Of a DNA stretch of 64,000 nt, positions 37,829 through 47,972 are shown one piece after another (the stretch's first letter is position 1; each line of letters starts with the position of its first letter). Location: positions 32,001-96,000 of the forward strand of contig JANRIL010000019.1 of the NCBI GenBank assembly GCA_033764955.1, in the 5' to 3' direction. The notes under the pieces were generated by a model. It made no database searches. It was not told the origin of the DNA and saw only the letters and a list, made by a program, of their open reading frames with translations. The DNA is from Cyanobacteriota bacterium. Lineage in GTDB: Bacteria > Cyanobacteriota > Cyanobacteriia > Thermostichales > Thermostichaceae. Made by a program: the position numbers and the translations under genes.

Positions 37829-39913
37829 GTGACCATCGCTGAGGGACAAGCTACTCCCAGTCTGGGATCCCTGCAAAGGGGATGGATCAACTTTATGCAA
37901 AAGTTGCGCCTAGAAACCCGTCTGTTGTTTGTGGCTACCCTAGCCGTTTCCTTGGTGGTGAGTAGTTTTACGCTTTGGGCAGTTAACAATGTCCAACAGG
38001 ATGCTCAGTTTAGCGACACCCGCTTTGGACGCGATCTGGGGTTATTGCTGGCCGCCAATGTTGCGCCCCTGATTGCCGAAAACCAAACCTCAAAAGTTGC
38101 TCAACTCTCCCAGCAATACTACGAAAGTACCAGCAGCATCCGTTATTTGCTCTACGCCGATCCGAATGGTGAGATTTATTTCGGGATCCCTTTCTCCAAT
38201 CAGGAGGTAAAAACCTCCCTCACCCTCAGCCGCCGCATTCAGCTACCCGAAAACCGCCCCCCCGCTGAAGGTCAACCCCTCCTCCGCACCCACCTCACCC
38301 CGGCGGGTAAAGTGACCGACATTTTTGTGGGGATCTACCACCGCAACCAATTTTTGGGCACCCTGGCTCTGGGCATCAACCCCAATTCAACCCTGGTGCG
38401 CTCCTCTCAACTGGCGCGGGAGGTTTCGATTGGAGTATTTGTGGCAGTGTGGGTGCTAGCCATTTTGGGATCCGTCGTCAATGCCCTAACCATCACCCAG
38501 CCCATCAAAGATCTAGTGGAAGGGGTACAAGGGATCGCCCGTGGCAACTTTCAGCAGCGGATCACCCTACCTTTTGGTGGGGAACTGGCGCAATTGATCG
38601 ACAGCTTCAACGAAATGGCAGAACGGCTGCAATCTTACGAAGAGCAAAACATTGAGGAGATCAGGGCAGCCAAAGCGAAGTTAGAGATCCTCGTCTCAAC
38701 GATTGTGGATGCTGCTCTATTGTTGGATCCGGAATTTAAGATTTTGCTGGCGAATCCCGCCGCCATCCGCATGTTTGGCTGGGAAAGCAAAGCCATCCTG
38801 GGCGCTTCTCTGCTCGACCACATTCCCGAAAGCTTAAGGACAGAAATTGCTCGTCCCCTGGTGCAATTGGCGCGTGGGGATTTTGGTCAGGAGGATGAGG
38901 AAGGAAGCGACAGCCAAGAACTGCGGGTGACGCTACCCGAACTGAAGGCTCGGATCATTCGGGTTTTGCTATCAAGGGTACTGGATCAACGGCGGCAAAA
39001 TCTGAAAGGGATTGTTATCACCGTTCAAGATATCACCCGTGAGGTGGAACTCAACGAGGCCAAGGGACAATTTATCAGCAACATCAGCCACGAACTGCGT
39101 ACCCCCCTCTTTAGCATCAAATCCTTCATCGAAACGTTGCAGGAATATGGGGATCAAATCAGCCCCGAAGAACGGCATGACTACCTAGAAATTGCCAACC
39201 GCGAAGCCGACCGCCTGACCCGTTTGGTCAATGATGTTTTGGATCTCTCTCGCCTCGAATCTGGTCGCCACTACCGCCTTGATGCCATTGATATTCCTGC
39301 TTTGGTAGAGCAAACTATTCGCACCTATCACCTGAATGCCCGTGATAAAGGGATCCAACTGCGTAAATCTCTTGACAGCGACCTACCCCTGGTTTGGGGA
39401 CACTATGATTTGTTGCTGCAAGTTATGACCAACCTGGTGGGCAATGCCCTCAAATTCACTCCCTCCGGCGGACAAGTTACCCTACATGCCCATGTTGTGA
39501 CCCAACCGGATGGTTCGATGCAGGCGGTACGAGTGGCGGTGGCGGATACCGGCATTGGCATCGATCCTGAAGATCAAGCTCGCATTTTTGAGCGGTTCTT
39601 TCGGGTGGAAAACCGCGTGCATACTTTAGAGGGAACGGGTTTAGGGCTGGCGATTGTCCGCAATATCTTGGATAAGCACCACACCCAGATTCGCTTAGAA
39701 AGCAAACGGGATCAGGGATCCACCTTTTGGTTTGACCTGCACCTGTTTGATCTGGAACTAGATCCGGCTCACCTCAAGGCCACCGGTTCGCCAGAGGAGA
39801 TAGCCTGCTATTGGAAGGAACGTCCCCCATCAGGGGATCCCTCCGATTCCGCCACCCCAGCATCACAACCCTCAGAATCTACTGCTGTTGAGACTGCCGC
39901 CCCTATCTCCTAG
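37829..39913 (+). CDS. nblS: Sensor histidine kinase NblS/Hik33 (TM-HAMP-PAS-HisKA-HATPase)
   Basis: [85 protein letters not shown]. Confidence 0.93.
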   Translation: MTIAEGQATPSLGSLQRGWINFMQKLRLETRLLFVATLAVSLVVSSFTLWAVNNVQQDAQFSDTRFGRDLGLLLAANVAPLIAENQTSKVAQLSQQYYESTSSIRYLLYADPNGEIYFGIPFSNQEVKTSLTLSRRIQLPENRPPAEGQPLLRTHLTPAGKVTDIFVGIYHRNQFLGTLALGINPNSTLVRSSQLAREVSIGVFVAVWVLAILGSVVNALTITQPIKDLVEGVQGIARGNFQQRITLPFGGELAQLIDSFNEMAERLQSYEEQNIEEIRAAKAKLEILVSTIVDAALLLDPEFKILLANPAAIRMFGWESKAILGASLLDHIPESLRTEIARPLVQLARGDFGQEDEEGSDSQELRVTLPELKARIIRVLLSRVLDQRRQNLKGIVITVQDITREVELNEAKGQFISNISHELRTPLFSIKSFIETLQEYGDQISPEERHDYLEIANREADRLTRLVNDVLDLSRLESGRHYRLDAIDIPALVEQTIRTYHLNARDKGIQLRKSLDSDLPLVWGHYDLLLQVMTNLVGNALKFTPSGGQVTLHAHVVTQPDGSMQAVRVAVADTGIGIDPEDQARIFERFFRVENRVHTLEGTGLGLAIVRNILDKHHTQIRLESKRDQGSTFWFDLHLFDLELDPAHLKATGSPEEIACYWKERPPSGDPSDSATPASQPSESTAVETAAPIS

Positions 39914-39990
39914 AGAGGTCTTTTGCCCAGAGGAGGGGGAGAGTGCCAAAATAGAGGATGTCGTTTCTGCTATCTGAGCTTCTTTCATTT

Positions 39991-41628
39991 ATGGATGTTT
40001 CTTCCCAGCCGTTTGACGGTCAAGCACTCGACCACGTTTTGATTTTCGACACCACATTGCGGGACGGCGAACAATGTCCCGGTGCCACCCTGAATGTCGA
40101 AGAAAAACTGATCATTGCTCGTCAACTGGCTCGACTGGGAGTAGACATTATTGAAGCTGGCTTTGCTTTTGCTAGCCCTGGCGATTTCGAGGCAGTGCAG
40201 AAAATTGCCCAAACCGTCGGATCCCCCGATGGCCCCGTGATTTGCAGTTTGGCTCGTGCCCTCAAACCGGATATCGAAGCGGCAGCTCAAGCCCTCAAAC
40301 CCGCCGCCAAACCGCGCATTCATACTTTTATCTCCACCTCCGATATTCACCTGCAATACCAATTGCGAAAAAACCGCGCCGAGGTTTTGCAAATTGCCGA
40401 AGAGATGGTAGCTTATGCCCGCTCATTCGTTGAGGATGTGGAGTTTTCCATGATGGATGCTACCCGCTCCGATCCGGAATATCTCTATCAGGTGATCGAA
40501 GCAGCCATTCGCGCCGGAGCCAAAACCATCAACATTCCCGATACCGTTGGCTATGTCATGCCGGAGGAATTTGGGCAATTGGTTCGTAACATTCGCCAAA
40601 ACGTACCCAACATCTCCCAGGCGGTGCTATCGGTGCATGGACATGATGACCTAGGGGTTTCCACCGCTAACTTCCTAGAGGCAGTCAAGCAGGGGGTGCG
40701 CCAAGTGGAGGTCACCATCAACGGCATCGGTGAACGGGCGGGAAATACCTCCCTCGAAGAATTGGTGATGGCGCTGCATGTGCGGCGCGCCTACTACAAT
40801 CCCTTCTTTGGTCTACCGCAGGACTCCGAAAAGCCCCTCACTCATATCCGCACCCAAGAGATTTATCGCACTTCGCGCCTGGTTTCCAACCTGACGGGGA
40901 TGTTGGTGCAGCCCAACAAAGCCATCGTCGGATCGAATGCTTTTGCCCATGAGTCGGGCATTCACCAAGATGGCGTCCTGAAAAATCGCCAAACCTACGA
41001 GATCATGGATGCCCAAACCATCGGACTCCAGTCCAATACGCTTGTTTTGGGCAAACACTCCGGTCGTAATGCCTTCCGCACCCGCCTCAAGGAATTGGGC
41101 TTTGAGCTATCGGAGCAGGATCTCAACAAAGCCTTCGTGCGTTTCAAAGAGCTGGCGGACAAGAAAAAAGAAATCTCTGACCTTGATCTAGAGGCGATTG
41201 TTAACGATGAAACCCGTCCAGTACCGGAGTTGTTCCGTCTAGAGCAAGTGCAAGTGGTCTGCGGCAACCAAGAGATGCCTACTGCCACTGTCAAGCTGGT
41301 TACCCCCACCGGACAAGAGTTGGTGGATGCTGCTGTTGGAACGGGACCTGTGGATGCAATCTACAAAGCGATCAACCGAATTGTAGATATTCCCAACCGT
41401 CTGATCGAGTTTTCTGTGCAGTCAGTGACGGCAGGTATCGATGCGATTGGGGAAGTGACGATTCGTCTGAAACATCAAGAGCGCACCTTTTCTGGTCATG
41501 CTGCCAACACCGATATCATCGTGGCTTCCGCACAAGCCTACATGAATGCCCTCAACAAGCTGTATTTTGCCCTCAACACTACCCCAATCACCTCAGAACA
41601 ACGGGAGGCCGCTACGCAAAAAATTTGA
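39991..41628 (+). CDS. leuA: 2-isopropylmalate synthase
   Basis: [39 protein letters not shown]-terminal regulatory domain GTGPVDA. Alternative start at 39958. Confidence 0.96.
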   Translation: MDVSSQPFDGQALDHVLIFDTTLRDGEQCPGATLNVEEKLIIARQLARLGVDIIEAGFAFASPGDFEAVQKIAQTVGSPDGPVICSLARALKPDIEAAAQALKPAAKPRIHTFISTSDIHLQYQLRKNRAEVLQIAEEMVAYARSFVEDVEFSMMDATRSDPEYLYQVIEAAIRAGAKTINIPDTVGYVMPEEFGQLVRNIRQNVPNISQAVLSVHGHDDLGVSTANFLEAVKQGVRQVEVTINGIGERAGNTSLEELVMALHVRRAYYNPFFGLPQDSEKPLTHIRTQEIYRTSRLVSNLTGMLVQPNKAIVGSNAFAHESGIHQDGVLKNRQTYEIMDAQTIGLQSNTLVLGKHSGRNAFRTRLKELGFELSEQDLNKAFVRFKELADKKKEISDLDLEAIVNDETRPVPELFRLEQVQVVCGNQEMPTATVKLVTPTGQELVDAAVGTGPVDAIYKAINRIVDIPNRLIEFSVQSVTAGIDAIGEVTIRLKHQERTFSGHAANTDIIVASAQAYMNALNKLYFALNTTPITSEQREAATQKI

Positions 41629-41662
41629 ACTCGCTGGCGGCAACCGAGACCTATCCCTGCGG

Positions 41663-41704
41663 AAAAGGGATCCTTCTGTTATGAATAGGGGATCCCTTTT
41701 TTTA
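41663..41704 (+). terminator. leuA terminator built from GGGATCC palindromes
   Basis: AAAAGGGATCCTTCT...AGGGGATCCCTTTTTTT. Confidence 0.7.
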
Positions 41705-41769
41705 GGTGTCTCTCAGATGGTTCGTGAGAGTTATGGGCTAAACTTTGGGCAACCTTTTTCTCCTACCGC

Positions 41770-42615
41770 ATGAGTCAGGTTTTTCAAGAGCGACAAACCC
41801 GTCCTGAAAAGGGGTTAACCCAAGATGGGAAGCTGATCGAGTGGCATCTTTATCCGGGCAATCGATGTAATCGCGCCTGCTCCTTTTGCACCGTTTTGGG
41901 ATCCCCAACCGGCTGGTATCACCCCTACACGCCGGAACTGTTGGATCAAGCCCTGGCGGTGGTGGCTCAGACGCCGGAGGCTGCCCTCAAGTTTTATGGC
42001 GGGGAACCCACCCTGGATCATGAAAACGTTATCTGGGCGATTGGCTATTTACGCGCCCAGCACTTTCAGGGGGCAATTGTTATCTATTCCAACGGCATTC
42101 ACGCTCAGGAATTGTTAGCGATTTTGCAGGCCGATCCACTGGGGCGCACCACCGCTTCCCTCAACTATTCCATTACGACAGGGGATGGCGCTCCCCCTAT
42201 GCCGGCGGCGTCTTTGCGTCTTTTAGAGACTATAGAATTGGCAAATCCAAGACGAATTGCCATCGGACATCCCGATATTGTGGATGCGGGCAAAGGAGTA
42301 GAGGGGTTTGAGGGAAATCCTGAGCGTGCTCGTGACACCAGCCGATGTCCCCATTGCTATCCGGTCTTGACTACGCAGGGGATATTTCACGCCTGTCCAT
42401 TTGCCATTGAGCAGTCGGATCCCCATTTCTATTTGGGCAAAACTGGCGATCCGATCCCACAAATCACCAATAATTTTCGTCAGTTTTTCATCTGGCTAGA
42501 TACTGTGCATGAACCCTTTGCTCGGCAAACTCAGTTGCCCGCTTGCACGGTCTGTCAGCACCACCTGGGGAATTTACCCTTGCCTGAGTATAACCATACC
42601 GGCAATGCCCCCTGA
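41770..42615 (+). CDS. Radical SAM protein of unknown function
   Basis: CNRACSFC (CxxxCxxC), FYGGEP, YSNG; C-terminal CPHC...ACPF...CTVC. Confidence 0.88.
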   Translation: MSQVFQERQTRPEKGLTQDGKLIEWHLYPGNRCNRACSFCTVLGSPTGWYHPYTPELLDQALAVVAQTPEAALKFYGGEPTLDHENVIWAIGYLRAQHFQGAIVIYSNGIHAQELLAILQADPLGRTTASLNYSITTGDGAPPMPAASLRLLETIELANPRRIAIGHPDIVDAGKGVEGFEGNPERARDTSRCPHCYPVLTTQGIFHACPFAIEQSDPHFYLGKTGDPIPQITNNFRQFFIWLDTVHEPFARQTQLPACTVCQHHLGNLPLPEYNHTGNAP

Positions 42616-42661
42616 CACTATCATCAGACCACCGTCGTCAATTTGTTCGGTGTGGATAAGA

Positions 42662-43051
42662 TTAGCGGCGTCGCCAGCGCCGTCGTTGTCCCACCTGAAA
42701 GCGAACAATCTCAGCCTTATACTGTTCGTCACCCTGCATGTGCTGATAGACCTGAATGGCGGAAGTTCGCCCAGAGGTCAAAGCAGGCAGAGGTTGACCC
42801 GCCCCCTCTGTTTCAATAGCTACAAAAAACTTGAGGCGAGTCAACACCTCCAGCCGTGTCAGATGGTCAGCTTCCGCCGGCATAAGGGTGCCCAGAGAAA
42901 TTTGCAGACGGGGGAGAAAGGGTCCCCCTTTTTGTCGTTGCTGCCGCCATTGGGCTAGCCACTCCGACCAAGCCCGTTGATGAGAGGACTTGACCAAGAC
43001 CTTGAGGCCATTCAGAGGATTTAACCCGTAGGTCAACACCAACGTATACAT
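42662..43051 (-). CDS. Hypothetical protein with basic C-terminal tail
   Basis: 129-aa ATG-started ORF filling the gap; ends QRRRWRRR. Confidence 0.5.
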   Translation of the reverse strand: MYTLVLTYGLNPLNGLKVLVKSSHQRAWSEWLAQWRQQRQKGGPFLPRLQISLGTLMPAEADHLTRLEVLTRLKFFVAIETEGAGQPLPALTSGRTSAIQVYQHMQGDEQYKAEIVRFQVGQRRRWRRR

Positions 43052-43219
43052 GCCGTTTAACTGTAGCTTTGGAAGAGATGGCTATCTGTTACTTTAGCAC
43101 TCCCTTCCTGAGCAACCGAGTCGGGATCCCCTCACCCGATCAACCTCCATTGGGAGGGCTGGCTGTAGAGAGTCGGTGCTATCTCATCACGTCCAGTTAT
43201 GTGCTTGCGCTACCTAAGT

Positions 43220-43999
43220 TTAGGGTTGAATGGGCTGACGCTCAACGGTATCCCCTTGGGGAGGAGGTTCCTCAGCGGGAGGGGCTTCGGGAGGGGGTGA
43301 GTCAGCAGGTTGCGGAGAGGGAGGCACTTCCGAAGAAGGAGAGACGGGATCCGGCAAGGGAGGCAGTTCGGGTAGAGGACTTTCACTACCGTTGGGCACC
43401 TCCTCTGGATCGGGGGTGGGCTGCACCAGCAACGCCTGCACCTGTGGCAACAATTCTTCGGAGACAAAGCTATCCTGTTCGATGCCATAGCGATCCACCA
43501 CCCAGCGATGGCGGGGCACCACCAAGATCAGGAGGGGAACTTCTAGCGCCACAAAAGTTTCGCTGCCCCGATAGACCCGCCCATCGATCACCACTCGTTC
43601 TAAGCCGGGATCCCCCTGAAAGGCTTGATCCACCTGAGCAAGCATGGCACTGGTCAGACGAGCTTCTAAATCTTCAAAGGTATCCCCCACCTGGATGGGA
43701 ACCCTCACCTGAAAGCGGTAATCATCGCAGCGATAGTCCCCACAAATCGAGACTAATTCCTCATTCACCCGATCCTCAACAGCGGGTTCGACACCAAACA
43801 GAGGTCCCGTCAATTCGACCGGCACCTCCTGGGCTGAAGCCAAACCCATCGTGCCACCACTCAGAACGAGGATTCCCCCCAGCAGATAGCGATGGAGGCT
43901 GCCGATACGTTGAGCAACAGCTTGCCGATAAGCAGTCTGCAAGAGTTTTCCCACCAGTGAGGGAGATAGAGGATTGGGACGGTTGGGTAACAGATTCAT
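43220..43999 (-). CDS. Hypothetical exported protein with Pro/Glu-rich C-terminal tail
   Basis: Signal-like LLGGILVLSGGTMGLASAQ, a globular region, then PEPP-rich low complexity. Start uncertain (43999-44035). Confidence 0.65.
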   Translation of the reverse strand: MNLLPNRPNPLSPSLVGKLLQTAYRQAVAQRIGSLHRYLLGGILVLSGGTMGLASAQEVPVELTGPLFGVEPAVEDRVNEELVSICGDYRCDDYRFQVRVPIQVGDTFEDLEARLTSAMLAQVDQAFQGDPGLERVVIDGRVYRGSETFVALEVPLLILVVPRHRWVVDRYGIEQDSFVSEELLPQVQALLVQPTPDPEEVPNGSESPLPELPPLPDPVSPSSEVPPSPQPADSPPPEAPPAEEPPPQGDTVERQPIQP

Positions 44000-44125
44000 G
44001 ACGGTTTGGATACCCCAGCATTTTCCTATCGCCAAATCTATCCGACAACCTTCCGTCAGGCACTAGGTAAGCCGAATAAAATCGGGGCAAGGATAGAGAA
44101 AAAGCCAAGGATTCCCACCCACCCC

Positions 44126-44773
44126 TCAGGCACAACGGGGATCCCTTGGGTCAACAGACAGCAGAGGATAGGGTTCTCCCGAAAAGTCTGTGGGGATATT
44201 CTGCATGAAAAGCAGAGTAGAGTGCGGGGAGAGAGCTGCCTGCAGGCAAAGCACATCAGCGGGGTGAAGCTCGTCGATGCTCATTCCTGGCAAAACAATC
44301 AAGGAAAACTGGCTGCTCAGCAGCAACATTAAGGTACTTTGCAGGGCAAGACGGGTTGTATCGGGTTCAATCAACCAGTTTCGTCCGGAGCGGCTTAGCA
44401 ATTTCCAACGGCTAGTGCTGAATTGTTGAGTTTGATCAATCACCGCACAACGTCCATACCAGCGGTTAATCGAGGCAATCAGATGATATAAAATCTCGGA
44501 TTGGCGAGTGGAGGAGGGGGCAACCCAATCACAGATTTTGCCCAGGGGAAGATCCTGCCAGTTGAGGCTGAGCAAACTGGGGTTGAGTTCGATATAGTCT
44601 AAAACCAGTTGTGGACTCGACTCTGGCACGCTGGGGGGAGAGGCGGAAAGGGAAGGGGATCCGTGGTCACCCCTCAACAATTGGGAGCAATAATCCCAAA
44701 TAGCTTGTCCCACCCTCAGCAGAGAAGGGCTAACCGGAGCCGAAAAACGAGAGGGATCAGAGCAGTCAGTCAT
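44126..44773 (-). CDS. Degenerate RecA-fold protein (ImuA/SulA-like pseudo-ATPase)
   Basis: LPLGKICDWVAPSSTRQSEILYHLIA...CAVID...LIEPDT..LAL...LL.S..FSLIVL aligns by eye with the RecA core, but Walker A GKT and the Walker B Asp are lost. Confidence 0.6.
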   Translation of the reverse strand: MTDCSDPSRFSAPVSPSLLRVGQAIWDYCSQLLRGDHGSPSLSASPPSVPESSPQLVLDYIELNPSLLSLNWQDLPLGKICDWVAPSSTRQSEILYHLIASINRWYGRCAVIDQTQQFSTSRWKLLSRSGRNWLIEPDTTRLALQSTLMLLLSSQFSLIVLPGMSIDELHPADVLCLQAALSPHSTLLFMQNIPTDFSGEPYPLLSVDPRDPRCA

Positions 44774-45222
44774 AAGTTCAGCGATAGTTCAGCAATAGGT
44801 AAATGATGTAAATAGCCAAGACCTTGACACCCCAGTGGCACTCATGGGGAAACTCGTCCCCTAAAACCTCTATTTTTCTGATGAATTAGGCTATTGATTA
44901 GCCTAAAACGTGGCCTAACGCCGGATAGCCAAACCCCACGAAAATTTACGCGGATTCCGAGGCAAAACCTCACTCAAGGGATCCCTGAAGAAGTTACCCA
45001 AAAATTCCTCCCTAATGAGTGAGTACAGGGAAGCGGCTTCCTCTAAAAGGAATGGCGGCTACTGAACGCTTCAAGAGGGATCCTAATCATTTTGGCGGCT
45101 TCTCAACAAGGATCCCCTGCACACTGTCGAAAGAGCAAAGGTAGGATAAGAAAAGCTCTTTCATGCCGTTAGCGTGAGGGAGGCGCTGCCTTTCGGACGA
45201 TTAGTCTCCTCAAGCTGGTTTT

Positions 45223-46977
45223 ATGCCCCAGTTGGCACTCTCTCACCTCACTGCCCTCCAACCGGAACCGATCTTTTTTACGCAAGATCGTCAGGGTCGG
45301 TTTTGGACATTTCATTGGGAGGAGGCGGAAAAATACGGGATCCACCCCCAGCAGATCTTATCCGGGCAAGAAAGTTGGGAGGTGAGCGATGGAAACCGCT
45401 ACAGCGCCCAAATGCAACAGGTTTTTGAAGGGAAACAGCCTCTGCATCTGGAGTGTCAGGTTCAGTCATTTCGCTATAAATTGCACTTATTGTTGGCTCT
45501 TAGCCCCATTCTGGGATCCAGTGGGGAGGTAATAGCGGTGGCGGCGGTCGGACAACTGCTGGGCGCTACCCCCCTCGGCTCTACCTTTCGCACCACGCAA
45601 CCACCGACTCCCATCACCCCCTTACCCGCCGACTCCTATCAGGGCATTACCAATCAACTGATGCGATCGATTCGCCACACCCTCGATATCCGCCAACTGT
45701 TGCAACAAACCGTCGATCAACTGGGACAACTGATCGGAGCCAGTCGCTGTGTGATGGGGCTTTATGATTTGGGCAGTGATTCCTTGACGGTGGCGGCAGA
45801 ATACCTTAGCCAGCCCGATTATCCCTCCTTGCTCAACCAAGTCCTGCTCCTGGCGGATTACCCCCATTTTTTACAAGCCCTCAAGCAAGAGGAACCAATT
45901 AACACGGGGCAGAGTTTGGTCTTGGCGATTTCCTATCGGGGTTACGCCAACAGCATTCTTTGCCTGGATATGTTGGAGAAACAGGCACAACCCTACTGGC
46001 AATCGGGGCATATGCAGGTGCTGCAAAGCATTTCTACGTATCTAGGGACGGCGATTGCTCATGCCATTCTTCTTGATCAAAGCCGCCAACTGGCCACCCG
46101 CCTACAACTGGCTAACCACACCCTCCGGCAAAAAAACAAAGAACTGGAGCAGGCGCGTTCGCAGGCGGAGTCCGCCAACCGTCTGAAAAGCCAATTTCTT
46201 GCCAATACCTCCCACGAGTTGCGGACTCCCCTCAACGGCATGATTGGCTTCCTCAAGCTGGTTTTGGATGGCATGGCGGAGGATCCCCAAGAGGAGCGGG
46301 AATTTTTGCAGGAAGCCTACCGCTCGGCACTCCATCTCTTAGCTCTGATCAACGATGTTTTGGATATTGCCAAAATTGAGGCGGGCAAGATGCAATTGGA
46401 GTTGCTGCCCTGCGATTTGAAAACTCTTTTTGAGGATGTGGAAAGTAAAACCCGTCTGCAAGCCCAGCAAAAAGGGCTAACCCTCTCCTTTCATCTGCCT
46501 TCCACCGTCGATCAAATTTTGTTGTTAGGGGATTATCAACGCCTCTTACAGGTGCTCCTCAATTTGGTGGGTAATGCCATTAAATTTACCCCCACGGGCA
46601 GTGTCACGGTCAAAGCCGATATTGTTCCTGGCAAACCCTATCGTGTCAAGATTCGCGTGGCTGACACGGGCATCGGGGTGTCTCTGGAAAAGCAGCAACG
46701 TCTGTTTCAGGCTTTTAGCCAGGTGGATGGTTCCACGACCCGTCAGTATGGTGGCACAGGCTTGGGACTGGCGATCAGTCAACGGCTGGTGGAGGCGATG
46801 GACGGTGAAATGAATTTTTATAGCTTGGGAGAAGGACTGGGATCCACGGTTACCTTTTCGGTTCCCCTCTACCGCAAACCCTTGATCAGCCTCAATGAAG
46901 AGGGGGATCCCCACGAGCACGGATCCGCTTTATCTGTGGCGACTGTGCCCAGCCGTGAATCCCCTCAGGAAGGGTAA
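45223..46977 (+). CDS. PAS-like/GAF sensor histidine kinase
   Basis: GAF ([15 protein letters not shown]...ASRC), [44 protein letters not shown]. Confidence 0.92.
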   Translation: MPQLALSHLTALQPEPIFFTQDRQGRFWTFHWEEAEKYGIHPQQILSGQESWEVSDGNRYSAQMQQVFEGKQPLHLECQVQSFRYKLHLLLALSPILGSSGEVIAVAAVGQLLGATPLGSTFRTTQPPTPITPLPADSYQGITNQLMRSIRHTLDIRQLLQQTVDQLGQLIGASRCVMGLYDLGSDSLTVAAEYLSQPDYPSLLNQVLLLADYPHFLQALKQEEPINTGQSLVLAISYRGYANSILCLDMLEKQAQPYWQSGHMQVLQSISTYLGTAIAHAILLDQSRQLATRLQLANHTLRQKNKELEQARSQAESANRLKSQFLANTSHELRTPLNGMIGFLKLVLDGMAEDPQEEREFLQEAYRSALHLLALINDVLDIAKIEAGKMQLELLPCDLKTLFEDVESKTRLQAQQKGLTLSFHLPSTVDQILLLGDYQRLLQVLLNLVGNAIKFTPTGSVTVKADIVPGKPYRVKIRVADTGIGVSLEKQQRLFQAFSQVDGSTTRQYGGTGLGLAISQRLVEAMDGEMNFYSLGEGLGSTVTFSVPLYRKPLISLNEEGDPHEHGSALSVATVPSRESPQEG

Positions 46978-46980
46978 GCG

Positions 46981-47862
46981 ATGCCCTATCCCCGCCAACG
47001 GTTTGCCCAGCACTGGTTGAAGGATGCCCGTGTCCATCAGGCTATCGTGCAGGCGGCCAGACTGGCGGAAGCGGGGGATCCCGCTCAGACCACGGTTTTA
47101 GAAATTGGCCCTGGTACCGGACAACTGACCCGCCGCCTTCTCCAGATGGGAGTCCAAGTGATAGCGGTAGAAATTGACCGCGATCTCTGTCGATTACTGC
47201 ATAAACAGTTTGCCGATCAGCCCCGCTTTCAGTTGATCGAGGGGGACTTTTTGCAGATGCCGTTGCCCACCGCCGCCAGTTTTGTAGTAGCTAACATCCC
47301 CTACAACATCACTAGCCCCATTCTGGAAAAAATTCTGGGATCCCCTGCCCACCCCATCCATCAGTTTGAGCGGATTGTCTTGTTGGTACAGCAGGAGTTA
47401 GCCCAACGGTTGACCGCTTCCGTTGGCAGCAAAGCCTATGGAGCTATGAGCTTACGGATGCAGTACTTGGCCGACTGCCAGCTTATCCAAACGGTTCCGG
47501 CTCGTGCTTTTAAGCCGCCCCCTAAGGTGGAATCTGCCATCATCAGTCTGGCTCCCCGCCCGCCCGCCCCGCCCGCCCTGGATCCGGCTTGGTTAGAAAC
47601 TTTGTTGCAACAGGGCTTTGCCATGCGGCGAAAAATGCTGCTCAACACTCTACAAAGTTTGCTACCCAAATCACAGCTCGCTCCGGTTTTTGCCGGCCTG
47701 TCCATTGAGGCAACCGTGCGCGCCGAGCAACTCACCCTTGCCCAATGGATTGAGCTAAGCGATCGGCTCCTCCCTCTCCGGCAAGCCTTTCTGCACTCGG
47801 CATCCCAACCAGAACCACCCCAGCCCACAGAGGAGATCGGACTGGCTGTTGAATCTGGTTAG
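46981..47862 (+). CDS. rsmA: 16S rRNA m6,2A dimethyltransferase
   Basis: FAQHWL, VLEIGPGTG, AVEIDRDL, VANIPYNIT, FKPPPKVESA, RRKML. Confidence 0.96.
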   Translation: MPYPRQRFAQHWLKDARVHQAIVQAARLAEAGDPAQTTVLEIGPGTGQLTRRLLQMGVQVIAVEIDRDLCRLLHKQFADQPRFQLIEGDFLQMPLPTAASFVVANIPYNITSPILEKILGSPAHPIHQFERIVLLVQQELAQRLTASVGSKAYGAMSLRMQYLADCQLIQTVPARAFKPPPKVESAIISLAPRPPAPPALDPAWLETLLQQGFAMRRKMLLNTLQSLLPKSQLAPVFAGLSIEATVRAEQLTLAQWIELSDRLLPLRQAFLHSASQPEPPQPTEEIGLAVESG

Positions 47863-47972
47863 GGTAGCAAGGAAGATGAGGTGGGCTTTTTATCAAGAAT
47901 CTATTCACAAAAGTCAACCCACAATCGAATCTAGACGACTAAAATAATGGCAATTGTCCTTGCCATTGTTCT

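Noticed and set aside
43069..44001. 310-aa plus-strand ORF
   Set aside because: Antisense shadow of the Pro-rich minus-strand gene; no domain-like features.
45019..45034. LexA box near the RecA-like gene
   Set aside because: Only a GAGTAC half-site; the second half does not match the cyanobacterial consensus.
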